Shown one piece after another: positions 26,307 to 34,724 of a DNA stretch of 46,270 nucleotides. The notes under the pieces are model-generated. The model searched no databases. It was given only the letters and a program-made list of their open reading frames with translations, and was not told where the DNA came from. How positions within the stretch are numbered: the stretch's first letter is position 1; each line of letters starts with the position of its first letter. Source of the DNA: a virus (Duplodnaviria > Caudoviricetes). The stretch lies in IMG/VR virus record IMGVR_UViG_3300049926_000007, positions 1 to 46,270 of that record. One strand, 5' to 3'. A program made the translations under genes and the position numbers.

Positions 26307-28247
26307 ATGACTGACATCATTGCTGCGATCCCGAATGAGATCAACAGCTTTGGAGCTGGTGGCGGAGGTCTCTATGCTCTTAGTGACAACGCCTACGACT
26401 ATGCACTGGATGGCATTCCGTTCCTCAGTGCGACCAACAGGAAGCCGTCCCTTCGTGAGGCCTGGCCTTACACCGAAGAGATGGTGGAGATCCGGAAGCA
26501 GCAGTTCGACAACTTTGCCGAGCCGGGAGAGCAGTCACTTACCAACTGGTGGCTGCGCTCTCAGTCCGACTTTGGTGGTGGAGCTGGAGTTCTGTACCAG
26601 GATCCCGACACTGACAACCAGTTCAACATCCGATTCTCCGACTCCCTAGGGGTCGACTCCTGGACTCCTGGTGCACTCAGCCTGCTACGCAGGTCTGTGC
26701 TTGTGGGTACTGGAGACACTGATGCCACACTGATGGCTCGTGGATTCGTTGGAGCAACAAACGGTGATGACTACTGGCTGATGGATTCTCTCGGCCTGAC
26801 CAACAGTGTTGGAACTGTCATCACCGATGGCGCTGGTACTAACAAGTGGATCACCTCATCTGGCAGCACTTACTACCTGATGAAGGACAATGGTGCATGG
26901 ACTGGCGTTGATGCTGGTGCGGCCACTCAGTTCTACACGTGGACTGCGACCAACACTATTGCAGAGTTTGTCAAGGGTCGAGTAATTGCAGCAGTTGACA
27001 GGAGTCTGTACACGCTGCCGTTTACTGGCGCTCCGCCTATTGCCATCGGAACACTCACTTCGTTCTATACACACCCAAGCGCAAGCTGGGTGTGGACCTC
27101 AATCACCGAGGGACCAGCGGCTATCTACGCTTCTGGCAATGATGGCACTAGTGGTGCCATCTTCAAGTTCACCCTCGATACGAGTGGTTCCGTGCCTACT
27201 CTGACTGGCGGTATCACTACCGCCATCATGCCTACCGGTGAGATGATCAATACGATCTATGGGTACATCGGATCGTTTGTTGGTATCGCCACGAACAAGG
27301 GCTTTAGGGTTGGTGAGATCGACAGCAATGGCGACATCAACTATGGGCCACTGCTCTTCACTCCAACCGGTGGTTGCACTGGTATCAGTGGCTTCGATCG
27401 CTTCATGTGGACTGGAAGTACTGCTGCCCATGATGGCAGCAGTGGACTGTACCGCGTCGATCTCGGTACTCAGATCACTGAGAACAGCACGAAGGCCACT
27501 CGGTACGCGTATGCACGAGACATCTATGCGGATGGAACCAATGGCAAGGTCTCATCGATCAGCCATCTAGGAGCCACTGACCGCAAGGTCTATACCGTTA
27601 TCGGATTTGGTGGATACCTAGAGTCTTCTTCCTCCACCGCAAGGCTAGCCACTGGATATCTCAAGACTGGTCGTATTCGCTTCAACACTGAAGAGCCTAA
27701 GCTCTTCAAGTTCCTATCTCTTCGCACCGCCAATCCCCTACTAGGCGATGTATCCGTTTCGGTTCTCACCGAGAGCGGCGGAGAGATTCCCTATACCACT
27801 TACACCGCTGGTGGTGGAGCGGCTACCGGAGATATTGCAACGCCGATCCCCTCCGGTCCGCAGAACTGGATTGCCCTGAAGTTCACACTAGATGCGGCCC
27901 CATCAGGGCCGGACACTGGAGTACTGAATGCATGGCAAGTCAAGGCTCTTCCAGGATCTATTAGGCAGCGCCTAATCTCCATGACCTTCCTGCTGTTTGA
28001 CCACGAGCAGGATAAGACTGGGCAGAACATTGGTTACGATGGCTGTGCGCGAGACAGGTTCGAGCAGTTCAAGGCCCTTGCGCGAGGTGGAGATTCCTTC
28101 ACCTTCCAGGAGCTTGCTGAAGGACTGTCTACGCAGGTCATCATTGACACGTGGAAGTTTACCCAGCTTGCGCCACCGGGCGTGAACAACGAAGTGATCG
28201 GGGGATATCTTTCCGTTGCGATGAAGACCGTAGCGGAGAGCATCTAA
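26307..28247 (+). CDS. Putative tail nozzle (tail tubular B-like, beta-propeller)
   Basis: 646 aa, beta-rich; function inferred from podovirus synteny. Confidence 0.55.
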   Translation: MTDIIAAIPNEINSFGAGGGGLYALSDNAYDYALDGIPFLSATNRKPSLREAWPYTEEMVEIRKQQFDNFAEPGEQSLTNWWLRSQSDFGGGAGVLYQDPDTDNQFNIRFSDSLGVDSWTPGALSLLRRSVLVGTGDTDATLMARGFVGATNGDDYWLMDSLGLTNSVGTVITDGAGTNKWITSSGSTYYLMKDNGAWTGVDAGAATQFYTWTATNTIAEFVKGRVIAAVDRSLYTLPFTGAPPIAIGTLTSFYTHPSASWVWTSITEGPAAIYASGNDGTSGAIFKFTLDTSGSVPTLTGGITTAIMPTGEMINTIYGYIGSFVGIATNKGFRVGEIDSNGDINYGPLLFTPTGGCTGISGFDRFMWTGSTAAHDGSSGLYRVDLGTQITENSTKATRYAYARDIYADGTNGKVSSISHLGATDRKVYTVIGFGGYLESSSSTARLATGYLKTGRIRFNTEEPKLFKFLSLRTANPLLGDVSVSVLTESGGEIPYTTYTAGGGAATGDIATPIPSGPQNWIALKFTLDAAPSGPDTGVLNAWQVKALPGSIRQRLISMTFLLFDHEQDKTGQNIGYDGCARDRFEQFKALARGGDSFTFQELAEGLSTQVIIDTWKFTQLAPPGVNNEVIGGYLSVAMKTVAESI

Positions 28248-28279
28248 GACGCTCAGCATAGCTGAGCGAGGGGAGAGGG

Positions 28280-28594
28280 ATGGACTCCAACACCATCATT
28301 CAAGTTCTCATTGGAGTCGCCGGTATCACTGGCGGATTCTTTGGGGGGAAGCGCCTCGCTTCTGGCGAGGCCGTTAGTACCGCAGTAGAAGTTGTTGAAC
28401 TACTTCGTGTTCAGGTTGAGTTCCTGACCACCAAGGGAGCAACCGATACTTCGAAGATCGCAGATCTTCGAGCTAGAGTTGACATCCTTGAAGGGCTGGT
28501 AACTCAGCGAGCGGAGGTAGAAGCCGTGCACGTTGAAGTGCAGGGCGTTAGAAGTGTCGTTGACAAGATCGCACACAAGCTGGAAGCATCATGA
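28280..28594 (+). CDS. Membrane protein (N-terminal TM plus coiled coil), lysis-associated
   Basis: IIQVLIGVAGITGGFFG followed by heptad repeats. Confidence 0.65.
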   Translation: MDSNTIIQVLIGVAGITGGFFGGKRLASGEAVSTAVEVVELLRVQVEFLTTKGATDTSKIADLRARVDILEGLVTQRAEVEAVHVEVQGVRSVVDKIAHKLEAS

Positions 28595-28821
28595 TCCGGG
28601 ATTGGTATAAGAGGCGCATCTTCGTAGCAACTACCCCAGAGGAGCACGATGCAGTTATTCATGTCCAGAGAGTGTTCAGCATCGAGCCAACTGGTAACCT
28701 TGACTATGAGACGAAGTCCCGCATTCGCGGGCTTCAGAGGCTCTTCAACCTCCCCGTCACAGGCATCCTAGACGACGCGACAGCCGAACAAATCGAGCGC
28801 ATCTTTCCATTTGGTGCCTGA
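28591..28821 (+). CDS. Stand-alone peptidoglycan-binding domain protein
   Basis: Two Q....(I/L)..TG.LD..T repeats. Confidence 0.7.
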   Translation: MIRDWYKRRIFVATTPEEHDAVIHVQRVFSIEPTGNLDYETKSRIRGLQRLFNLPVTGILDDATAEQIERIFPFGA

Positions 28822-28866
28822 GTCATCGACTCAGTGCCTAGTGAGCTCACTAACGTAGGAGCATAA

Positions 28867-29061
28867 GTGAAGTTCTCTGTAGATCTAGCAGAGCGAGTGG
28901 CCGCTACGGCGGCCTTCGCATTCCTGTCCGCATTCACTGTCACCGACCTGAGCACCGCTCACGATGCAGCAATTGCGGGAGCAGCAGCAGCACTCAGCGT
29001 CATCAAGGGACTCATCGCAGCTTTCCTTGGAGACTCCGAGAGCGCATCGCTAGCCAAGTAA
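28867..29061 (+). CDS. Holin (r1t-like)
   Basis: DLAERVAAT, two hydrophobic segments, LSVIKGL, SASL ending. Confidence 0.75.
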   Translation: MKFSVDLAERVAATAAFAFLSAFTVTDLSTAHDAAIAGAAAALSVIKGLIAAFLGDSESASLAK

Positions 29062-29070
29062 GCACAAACA

Positions 29071-29101
29071 AAGAAGGGCCCCCTTGCGGGGGCCCTTTTC
29101 T
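29071..29101. terminator. Bidirectional intrinsic terminator at the convergence of the two arms
   Basis: aagaagggcccc-cttgcg-ggggcccttttct. Confidence 0.85.
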
Positions 29102-29111
29102 GCGTTTCGGA

Positions 29112-29297
29112 TTAACCCTGAGGGTCTTCCAGAACCTGCTTCCAGGTATCATCCTCATTGATCTGAGCCTGGATTGCGTTGGTCTGAGACTCTTGAAGAT
29201 GAGCGGCAGTGCTGCCGCCCTGCGCCGCAGCGAGAGTGTTCTTGGTCTCGTTGTTGGCCTTCACGGCCTTCTCGTACGCTTCGTACTTCTTACCCAT
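29112..29297 (-). CDS. Hypothetical protein
   Basis: AAGGAG SD. Confidence 0.7.
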   Translation of the reverse strand: MGKKYEAYEKAVKANNETKNTLAAAQGGSTAAHLQESQTNAIQAQINEDDTWKQVLEDPQG

Positions 29298-29305
29298 GAT
29301 TCTCC

Positions 29306-29578
29306 TTACGGGTGAGGCGTGTTGGGAACGGCGATCGACTCGTCCAACCCGTGGTCGAGTACAGGCATGTCGCCGTAGTCGCTGAAGTAGACTTCCATAT
29401 TCATCTTGAGCTTGTTCTGAACTACAAGCTCAATCTGTGAAGCCTGCTCGAACTCAAGGCCAGGCAGTTCGTCTGACACTGCGGCGATAATCTCGCCGCC
29501 AGTAACGTTCTTAGCCCGACTCCTGACGATCTGCTGAGCGATGACGATGGAGAGAGTGTCTATCGTGCGCTTGTCCAT
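29306..29578 (-). CDS. Hypothetical protein
   Basis: MDKRTID..., TAATG coupling. Confidence 0.65.
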   Translation of the reverse strand: MDKRTIDTLSIVIAQQIVRSRAKNVTGGEIIAAVSDELPGLEFEQASQIELVVQNKLKMNMEVYFSDYGDMPVLDHGLDESIAVPNTPHP

Positions 29579-29739
29579 TACGCTACCTTGCCTCCGGCGC
29601 CAGACTTCTCGATGAGAAACACTGGCGGAGTTTCCGCTAGCCACTCAACCTCTGACGGATCCTTGTACGTCCTGACCTTACTCATGCCACCCAGATTGAT
29701 TTCCATGAACAGGAAACCATCACTCTTCCTGGTTGCCAT
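29578..29739 (-). CDS. Hypothetical protein (start uncertain, 29685 also possible)
   Basis: Fills the gap; stop overlaps the next start. Confidence 0.4.
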   Translation of the reverse strand: MATRKSDGFLFMEINLGGMSKVRTYKDPSEVEWLAETPPVFLIEKSGAGGKVA

Positions 29740-29899
29740 GTACTTCCCACGGCGCGGGAAGCCCTTGTGGTTGACTGTTGCATTGCCCCATGCCATGGGA
29801 TGCAATGGCTTCCTCCAGTTTGGTGACGCGGACAAGGAGATCATCCCTGTCCCGCATCACGTTCAACAGTTCGGAGACGATCAGATCAAGACTCAGCAC
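29720..29899 (-). CDS. Hypothetical protein (59 aa, not in ORF track)
   Basis: MLSLDLIVSELLNVMRDRDDLLVRVTKLEEA...; fills the gap. Confidence 0.45.
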   Translation of the reverse strand: MLSLDLIVSELLNVMRDRDDLLVRVTKLEEAIASHGMGQCNSQPQGLPAPWEVHGNQEE

Positions 29900-30326
29900 C
29901 GTCAGTCCAGTTGAAGTACTTGTTGAATCGCTCGGGAACCGAGCCGTCCGCCTTGCGGATGACGATGATGTTTCGCTCGGCAGCCTGCTCCCTCTGGCGA
30001 TAGAGCTTCTTTCCGACTACAGTGTAATCCTTCGCCATATATGTGTACTTCTCGTACACGTAAGGCGCCCAGTACTGGCCGTGGAGGTTGTATTCTCGAA
30101 CAGCGTTACCAAACTCATCCCGCTTGGCGCGCTCACCTTCGGTCGGGATGTCGGGAGCGCCTTCCTGGTAGGCATAGACGTTCGCCTCATACTCATACTC
30201 CATGGTCACTCGACCAGAGGGGAAGAGCTTGCGAACGGGACCAACCTTCATCTTGCCGTACTGGGAGGATCCGGAGGAGACGACGATGTCGCCCACCTCA
30301 ACCTCTACTCCGTACTTGTCCTTCAC
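29886..30326 (-). CDS. Hypothetical protein
   Basis: KDKYGVEVEVGDIV N-terminus; GGAG SD. Confidence 0.75.
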   Translation of the reverse strand: MKDKYGVEVEVGDIVVSSGSSQYGKMKVGPVRKLFPSGRVTMEYEYEANVYAYQEGAPDIPTEGERAKRDEFGNAVREYNLHGQYWAPYVYEKYTYMAKDYTVVGKKLYRQREQAAERNIIVIRKADGSVPERFNKYFNWTDGAES

Positions 30327-30327
30327 T

Positions 30328-30714
30328 TCAACTCCAGTAGACGTTGGCGATACCAGCGGCGATGATCAGGTTCCAGCACTGCTGACATGGTTCACATGTC
30401 ACGTACAGGTCAGCGCCCTCGGTGAGGGCGTATCCACCTCTGATGATGGCGTTCGCTTCCGCATGAACGGCTACGCAGACGACTGCATTGTAGTCGGTGT
30501 TTGGCGGAACTTCGTCGTACGTGAACTTACCGCGAGGGCAACCACCATCGATACAGTGAGGCGCCCCCGACGGGGCGCCATTGTAACCAGTTGCTACTAT
30601 GCGCTTGTCCTTGACAAGAACAGCGCCCACCTGCCGACGTGAACAGGTGGAGCGCTTGCTCATGACGTTCGCTACCGCGCTGAAGGTAGCTTCCCAGGTG
30701 GGACGATCAGCCAC
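30328..30714 (-). CDS. dCMP deaminase
   Basis: RSTC..QVGAV..GYNG..HAEANA..PCQQC; start placed at GTG (MADRPTW). Confidence 0.92.
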   Translation of the reverse strand: MADRPTWEATFSAVANVMSKRSTCSRRQVGAVLVKDKRIVATGYNGAPSGAPHCIDGGCPRGKFTYDEVPPNTDYNAVVCVAVHAEANAIIRGGYALTEGADLYVTCEPCQQCWNLIIAAGIANVYWS

Positions 30715-30802
30715 CGCTGCCCTCGCCGGGCTTCTTCGGGAGGAAGATGGGAGGACGGGGAGGCTGAGTACGCTCAGGAAGATCGTTCGGGTGCTCACTC
30801 AT
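30707..30802 (-). CDS. 31-aa Pro-rich microprotein
   Basis: MSEHPNDLPERTQPPRPPIFLPKKPGEGSGG; ATGA overlap. Confidence 0.45.
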   Translation of the reverse strand: MSEHPNDLPERTQPPRPPIFLPKKPGEGSGG

Positions 30803-31068
30803 GCGATTCCCTTCGCCTTTGCGTACCAGAGAGCCGCGAATCCAGCTCCGCCAAGGAGGCTGCCAATGAGAGCGCAGCCACCGCCCCCGCCGCTTCCACT
30901 GCCGCCACCCGACTGATTGCCCGAGTCGCCTCCACCGCGATTGAAATGCTCGTACTGGCGATCGAACTCGTTGGCCTTACCCTGCGGGGTAATGTCACTC
31001 CATCCCCCATCGGCACTCCAGTGGGAAGGGTCGGACCCTTCCCTTCCACCGCGATGCTTACCCGCCAT
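30799..31068 (-). CDS. Gly-rich protein with C-terminal membrane anchor
   Basis: GGGC followed by ALIGSLLGGAGFAALWY. Confidence 0.6.
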   Translation of the reverse strand: MAGKHRGGREGSDPSHWSADGGWSDITPQGKANEFDRQYEHFNRGGGDSGNQSGGGSGSGGGGGCALIGSLLGGAGFAALWYAKAKGIA

Positions 31069-31306
31069 TGCGAACCCCAAACTCTATTTCGATGATGTTG
31101 TACTCGTCGTACTCAAGGTGGTCCTTCGGCTCTACGGAGAAGTCAAAGTCATCCGGACCGATGTAGGCGTCCAGTTCGGACGCCATAGTGGACAGCTCTT
31201 CCCACGCCTCGTTCTCTGTCTTCCAGGCGGAGACGATTTCCATGCTGGCGTTGTCCGAGCCGATAGGCTGGAACTCGTTGACGATAAGGAAGACCGTGTT
31301 GCTCAT
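31058..31306 (-). CDS. Hypothetical acidic protein
   Basis: ATGA overlap with the primase stop. Confidence 0.7.
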   Translation of the reverse strand: MSNTVFLIVNEFQPIGSDNASMEIVSAWKTENEAWEELSTMASELDAYIGPDDFDFSVEPKDHLEYDEYNIIEIEFGVRNGG

Positions 31307-31935
31307 ACCCTGATCCTATCACGAAGTGCCGACGGACCGTCAGACACGTACACCGAGTTTACGTCTTCTCCATCCGGAAGCGGGAGCCTTAGGGCTCCCA
31401 CCTCATGAACCAGCCTATCGGCGAACTTCACTCCCGCTTCATCGCCTTCTTGCCAGACGTAGATGCGGGTGAAATCCTCGAAGATCAGGTTCCAGTGGTC
31501 CATCCACTTGGTTGCACCACCGATTCCAACGCATGGAATCCCAGCAAGCTTTGCAGTGAGAGCGTCAAGCTCTCCTTCCGCTACCGTTATCCATTCGCCT
31601 GCCTGCTGTAGAGACTGGACCTGATACAGGTTCGTCTCCAGTCCAGCCCACATCATATACTTCTGGTGACCGAAGTCCTTGCACCTGTGGTTCTGAATGC
31701 ACCGGAAGTTCATGTTGACTGGACCGTTATCCGTGAGATAAGGGATGGCAAGCCTGCCGCGAAGGTTCTCATGTCCCGGGATCGGCTTGACGACTACGCC
31801 CAGCGCGGCGGAACTTGCGGCTTCCTTGTCTATTCCCCTCTCGCCTAGATAGGGAAGAGCCAGATCGATGTGATCCATGTACTGAAGGGTTGCCCTCTCC
31901 AGCAATTTCTTTTGCACGACCGAGAGCATCGGCAT
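31303..31935 (-). CDS. DNA primase, catalytic TOPRIM domain
   Basis: YLGERGI, RLAIPY, AEGELDA, EGDEAG, EDVN. Confidence 0.9.
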   Translation of the reverse strand: MPMLSVVQKKLLERATLQYMDHIDLALPYLGERGIDKEAASSAALGVVVKPIPGHENLRGRLAIPYLTDNGPVNMNFRCIQNHRCKDFGHQKYMMWAGLETNLYQVQSLQQAGEWITVAEGELDALTAKLAGIPCVGIGGATKWMDHWNLIFEDFTRIYVWQEGDEAGVKFADRLVHEVGALRLPLPDGEDVNSVYVSDGPSALRDRIRV

Positions 31936-32176
31936 ACGTCTTGCCCTCCTGCTTCATGATGATGTGTACACCGGCGCCCTTGACATCGCATGTATGGCAT
32001 ACGAAGATGTTCAGGATGGAGTTGACGGAGGCTGAAGCGCTACGGTCGCCATGGAATGGGCACTTGTAGGCACGCCAACCTCTGTCCTCCTCCACTGGCT
32101 CACCGCCGAAGGTTTCCAGAATGGGGCCGATCGGAAAGATCGGCCATTCCTTATCCTCCTGAGTCCTGCGGACCAT
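31769..32176 (-). CDS. DNA primase, CHC2 zinc-binding domain
   Basis: CPFHGDRSASASV...FVCHTC. Confidence 0.88.
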   Translation of the reverse strand: MVRRTQEDKEWPIFPIGPILETFGGEPVEEDRGWRAYKCPFHGDRSASASVNSILNIFVCHTCDVKGAGVHIIMKQEGKTYADALGRAKEIAGEGNPSVHGSHRSGSSLSRREGNRQGSRKFRRAGRSRQADPGT

Positions 32177-32504
32177 ATCCAGCCTCTTTCAGAAGCTGCA
32201 TCAGAGTGTCAACCCGCATGCAGGTTACCCATTCACCGATACTCGCAGGACCCTGACCGTTCATTCTAAGAACGGCAATCCCCAGATCATCTTCCGACTC
32301 CACCTCGATCTGCTTAAGGGCAGTGAGGGGATCGAATCCCTTACGCGCCTTGAGTTCGAACCAGACGCCAGGAGTACTGAGTATGTCACGACCCTGACGG
32401 CCCGCCCCTGTAGGCTCGGCATAAGGGAATAGCGGCCGAACGTGATGAGCGAAGAGCTTTTGGGTGTCGTATCCACGATACTTCCTGCTCTGACTGATGG
32501 TCAT
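32151..32504 (-). CDS. Holliday junction resolvase-like PD-(D/E)XK nuclease
   Basis: SRKYRG...GRDI....WFELKAR. Confidence 0.7.
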   Translation of the reverse strand: MTISQSRKYRGYDTQKLFAHHVRPLFPYAEPTGAGRQGRDILSTPGVWFELKARKGFDPLTALKQIEVESEDDLGIAVLRMNGQGPASIGEWVTCMRVDTLMQLLKEAGYGPQDSGG

Positions 32505-32581
32505 TGCGACATCGCTCCGCAACGTGCACAGATCTTGATGCCGCTCGGATGCTGCGTCCAGAGATGCTCTTCGCATGCCAT
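32501..32581 (-). CDS. 26-aa zinc-ribbon microprotein
   Basis: MACEEHLWTQHPSGIKICARCGAMSQ; coupled on both sides (TGATG, ATGA). Confidence 0.55.
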   Translation of the reverse strand: MACEEHLWTQHPSGIKICARCGAMSQ

Positions 32582-32670
32582 CAGCCCACAACCTTCTTGC
32601 AGTTAATGCACTTGTAAACGTACTTGCCGTTCTCCCACGTGCTCACGATGCAAGGCTTGTCACAACACAT
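32581..32670 (-). CDS. 29-aa zinc-ribbon microprotein
   Basis: MCCDKPCIVSTWENGKYVYKCINCKKVVG; GGAGG SD. Confidence 0.6.
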   Translation of the reverse strand: MCCDKPCIVSTWENGKYVYKCINCKKVVG

Positions 32671-32839
32671 CCGAACCTCCGAGAAGCAGTCGCAGTTCTT
32701 CGAAGTCAAGAAGCAGCTTAGTTCTGTGGGATCCTTCGGGGATCCCAAGCTTCAACCCGAAGATGATTGTCTCAACGTCCTCAAGACTAACCTGAATGTT
32801 GCCGACCTTGAGGGGGATATTCATGTAGCTAGTCCACAT
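32660..32839 (-). CDS. Hypothetical protein
   Basis: Fills the gap after the helicase; start uncertain. Confidence 0.5.
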   Translation of the reverse strand: MWTSYMNIPLKVGNIQVSLEDVETIIFGLKLGIPEGSHRTKLLLDFEELRLLLGGSDVL

Positions 32840-33686
32840 CCACCTTATCCTCTCCGTCGGTCCACGGACCATCCCTGAAGAGAAGAGCCGTGTCTATGGG
32901 CTGCTCTTCCGCCTCGTCAATCTTGGCGATGCCAGGCATCGCACTCATGCGGAAGAACTTCTTCGCCATTGCATCACCAGGACCAAACCGGTTCTTGACG
33001 ACGGCCACATCCAAGGTACCAGCGTAACCGTCACCCCACAACGTGAGGATGAGAGTCGGAAGCTGATTGGCCTTACCCATGATTGCAGACCGAGGAGGCG
33101 GAGCACCTGCTTTGGCACTCTCACTTGTGTGATGTACGATTGTGAGCGCAGTTTGCTGATCACGTGCCATCACCTTCAGCTCGGTCATCAGGCCCCAGTA
33201 GTTCTGCTCGGAAGCGCCCTCATAGTCCACATCCATGAGGATATCCACCACCGTGTGGTGGGGATAGGTGCCATGAACTTCCCTGAACGCCTCTGCTGTG
33301 CGATCCATGTGGTCAAGGCTTGGGGCTGCATGGAACGACCACTTAACGTGTGACATCTCCCGGAGCGCCGCTACTGCGGCATCCGGATTGGTAAGGATGA
33401 TCTCCTCGGACTCTTCTCCTGGCGTTCCAGTTCGCATAGAGAATGCGCGAGACGCCATAGTGAAGTCATCGGAGTCAGAAGAATGGTAGAGGGTGGGAAC
33501 CTTTGGCCCCATCGCATCCACCATGTTGAGTGTGAACAGAGTCTTCATGCTGCCAGGCGGACCGGCAATCATGTGTACACCAGATCGCCTGATGGCGATC
33601 TTCTTGCTATCGAAGATGGGCCACGGAGTAGGCAGTGGTTCACCCGCACTGAGGCCCTTCTTCACTGCACGAGCGAGCGTCTTAAT
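32829..33686 (-). CDS. DnaB/RecA-like helicase (probable ATT start; first canonical start is GTG 33665)
   Basis: Walker A GPPGSMKT, VVD, VHH, VVKNRFG. Confidence 0.85.
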   Translation of the reverse strand: MKTLARAVKKGLSAGEPLPTPWPIFDSKKIAIRRSGVHMIAGPPGSMKTLFTLNMVDAMGPKVPTLYHSSDSDDFTMASRAFSMRTGTPGEESEEIILTNPDAAVAALREMSHVKWSFHAAPSLDHMDRTAEAFREVHGTYPHHTVVDILMDVDYEGASEQNYWGLMTELKVMARDQQTALTIVHHTSESAKAGAPPPRSAIMGKANQLPTLILTLWGDGYAGTLDVAVVKNRFGPGDAMAKKFFRMSAMPGIAKIDEAEEQPIDTALLFRDGPWTDGEDKVDVD

Positions 33687-33717
33687 GATTCACTCCCCGA
33701 TCATCCTCTGATGGACA

Positions 33718-33739
33718 GGGCGGGCCCGAAGGCCCGCCC
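33718..33739 (-). terminator. GC-rich cUUCGg hairpin between the SSB-like and helicase genes
   Basis: gggcgggcc-ttcg-ggcccgccc on the minus strand. Confidence 0.55.
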
Positions 33740-33748
33740 ATCAACCTC

Positions 33749-34165
33749 TTACTCAGCGAGCTTGACCTTCACGGTGTACTGCTTGGCAGCACCGTTCGCA
33801 GTCTCGAAGTCGCTGGTCCATGCTGCACCGACAACCGTACCATGCGGCAGCGCGCTAGCGCCAACCTCGGTCATGGCCTGGCGGAGAGCGAAGAGCAGAG
33901 CACCCTTGAAGGCGATCTTAAACTTCCCCTCCTTGCCGTTGAAGGTGTAGATGATCTCCGGCTTGAGGTTACCGCTCTTGTCCGTCGGCACCGGGTTGTT
34001 CTTGTACGCACGCTCAGTGGTGATGAAGGGCACGCCATCGACAGTACCGGTGACGCCCACACCCTTCTCCTTGAAACCGGCGTACGGAATCTTGGGGGCA
34101 TCGGGATCGGCAGGCGCACTGGCCTGACCGAGGGATGCAAAGAACTCTTCCTGCGTCTGTGCCAT
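33749..34165 (-). CDS. Putative single-stranded DNA-binding protein
   Basis: Beta-rich, in the replication module; function inferred. Confidence 0.55.
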   Translation of the reverse strand: MAQTQEEFFASLGQASAPADPDAPKIPYAGFKEKGVGVTGTVDGVPFITTERAYKNNPVPTDKSGNLKPEIIYTFNGKEGKFKIAFKGALLFALRQAMTEVGASALPHGTVVGAAWTSDFETANGAAKQYTVKVKLAE

Positions 34166-34197
34166 TTTGGTCCCTTGTTCTTTTGGGTAGGTTTGGC

Positions 34198-34560
34198 TTA
34201 GGAGAAGTCAAAATCCTCGAAGACGGCGGGCGTCTCCTCAGTCTTCGCTTCCCACGGCTTGGGAGGAACGTCCTCCCCAGACTTCACAGTCCAGGGCTTA
34301 GCGTTCTCCTCCGTACCAACTTCGGTTGCTCCCAGCTCCGACTTGAGAAGCTCGGCCGCATCAACGGCCGAAGCCTCTTCCGGGATGTCAGGCATGGGAG
34401 CGGCTGCTGCGGCAGACTCGGCAGTCCAGAACTCAGTGACCGCCTGCCAGTACATCGCACCGATGCCGTAATACGTGGTGCCATCAGGCACCTCGGTTTC
34501 CAGCTCGGCGTAGCCGTACTGAACCTTCTTTGAGGGAAGGCGGAACGTGAGCTTAGCCAT
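34198..34560 (-). CDS. Hypothetical acidic protein
   Basis: TGATG coupling; acidic C-terminus FEDFDFS. Confidence 0.7.
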   Translation of the reverse strand: MAKLTFRLPSKKVQYGYAELETEVPDGTTYYGIGAMYWQAVTEFWTAESAAAAAPMPDIPEEASAVDAAELLKSELGATEVGTEENAKPWTVKSGEDVPPKPWEAKTEETPAVFEDFDFS

Positions 34561-34724
34561 CAGATGAAGTCCTCATCGCTATCGTCGTCCCAGCTGAAGT
34601 CGTCGTCGGCGGGGTCATCTTCTTCACAGTAGAAGCAAACGTCACCCTCCTCTTCAACCTCCTCGGAACCGCACCAGTCGCAGAGGGTGATGTCAGAAGG
34701 GGAATCCGACAGAGGCTGCGTCAT
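34560..34724 (-). CDS. Extremely acidic CxxC..CxxC small protein
   Basis: LCDWCGSEEVEEEGDVCFYCEEDDPADDDFSWDDD; start uncertain. Confidence 0.5.
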   Translation of the reverse strand: MTQPLSDSPSDITLCDWCGSEEVEEEGDVCFYCEEDDPADDDFSWDDDSDEDFI

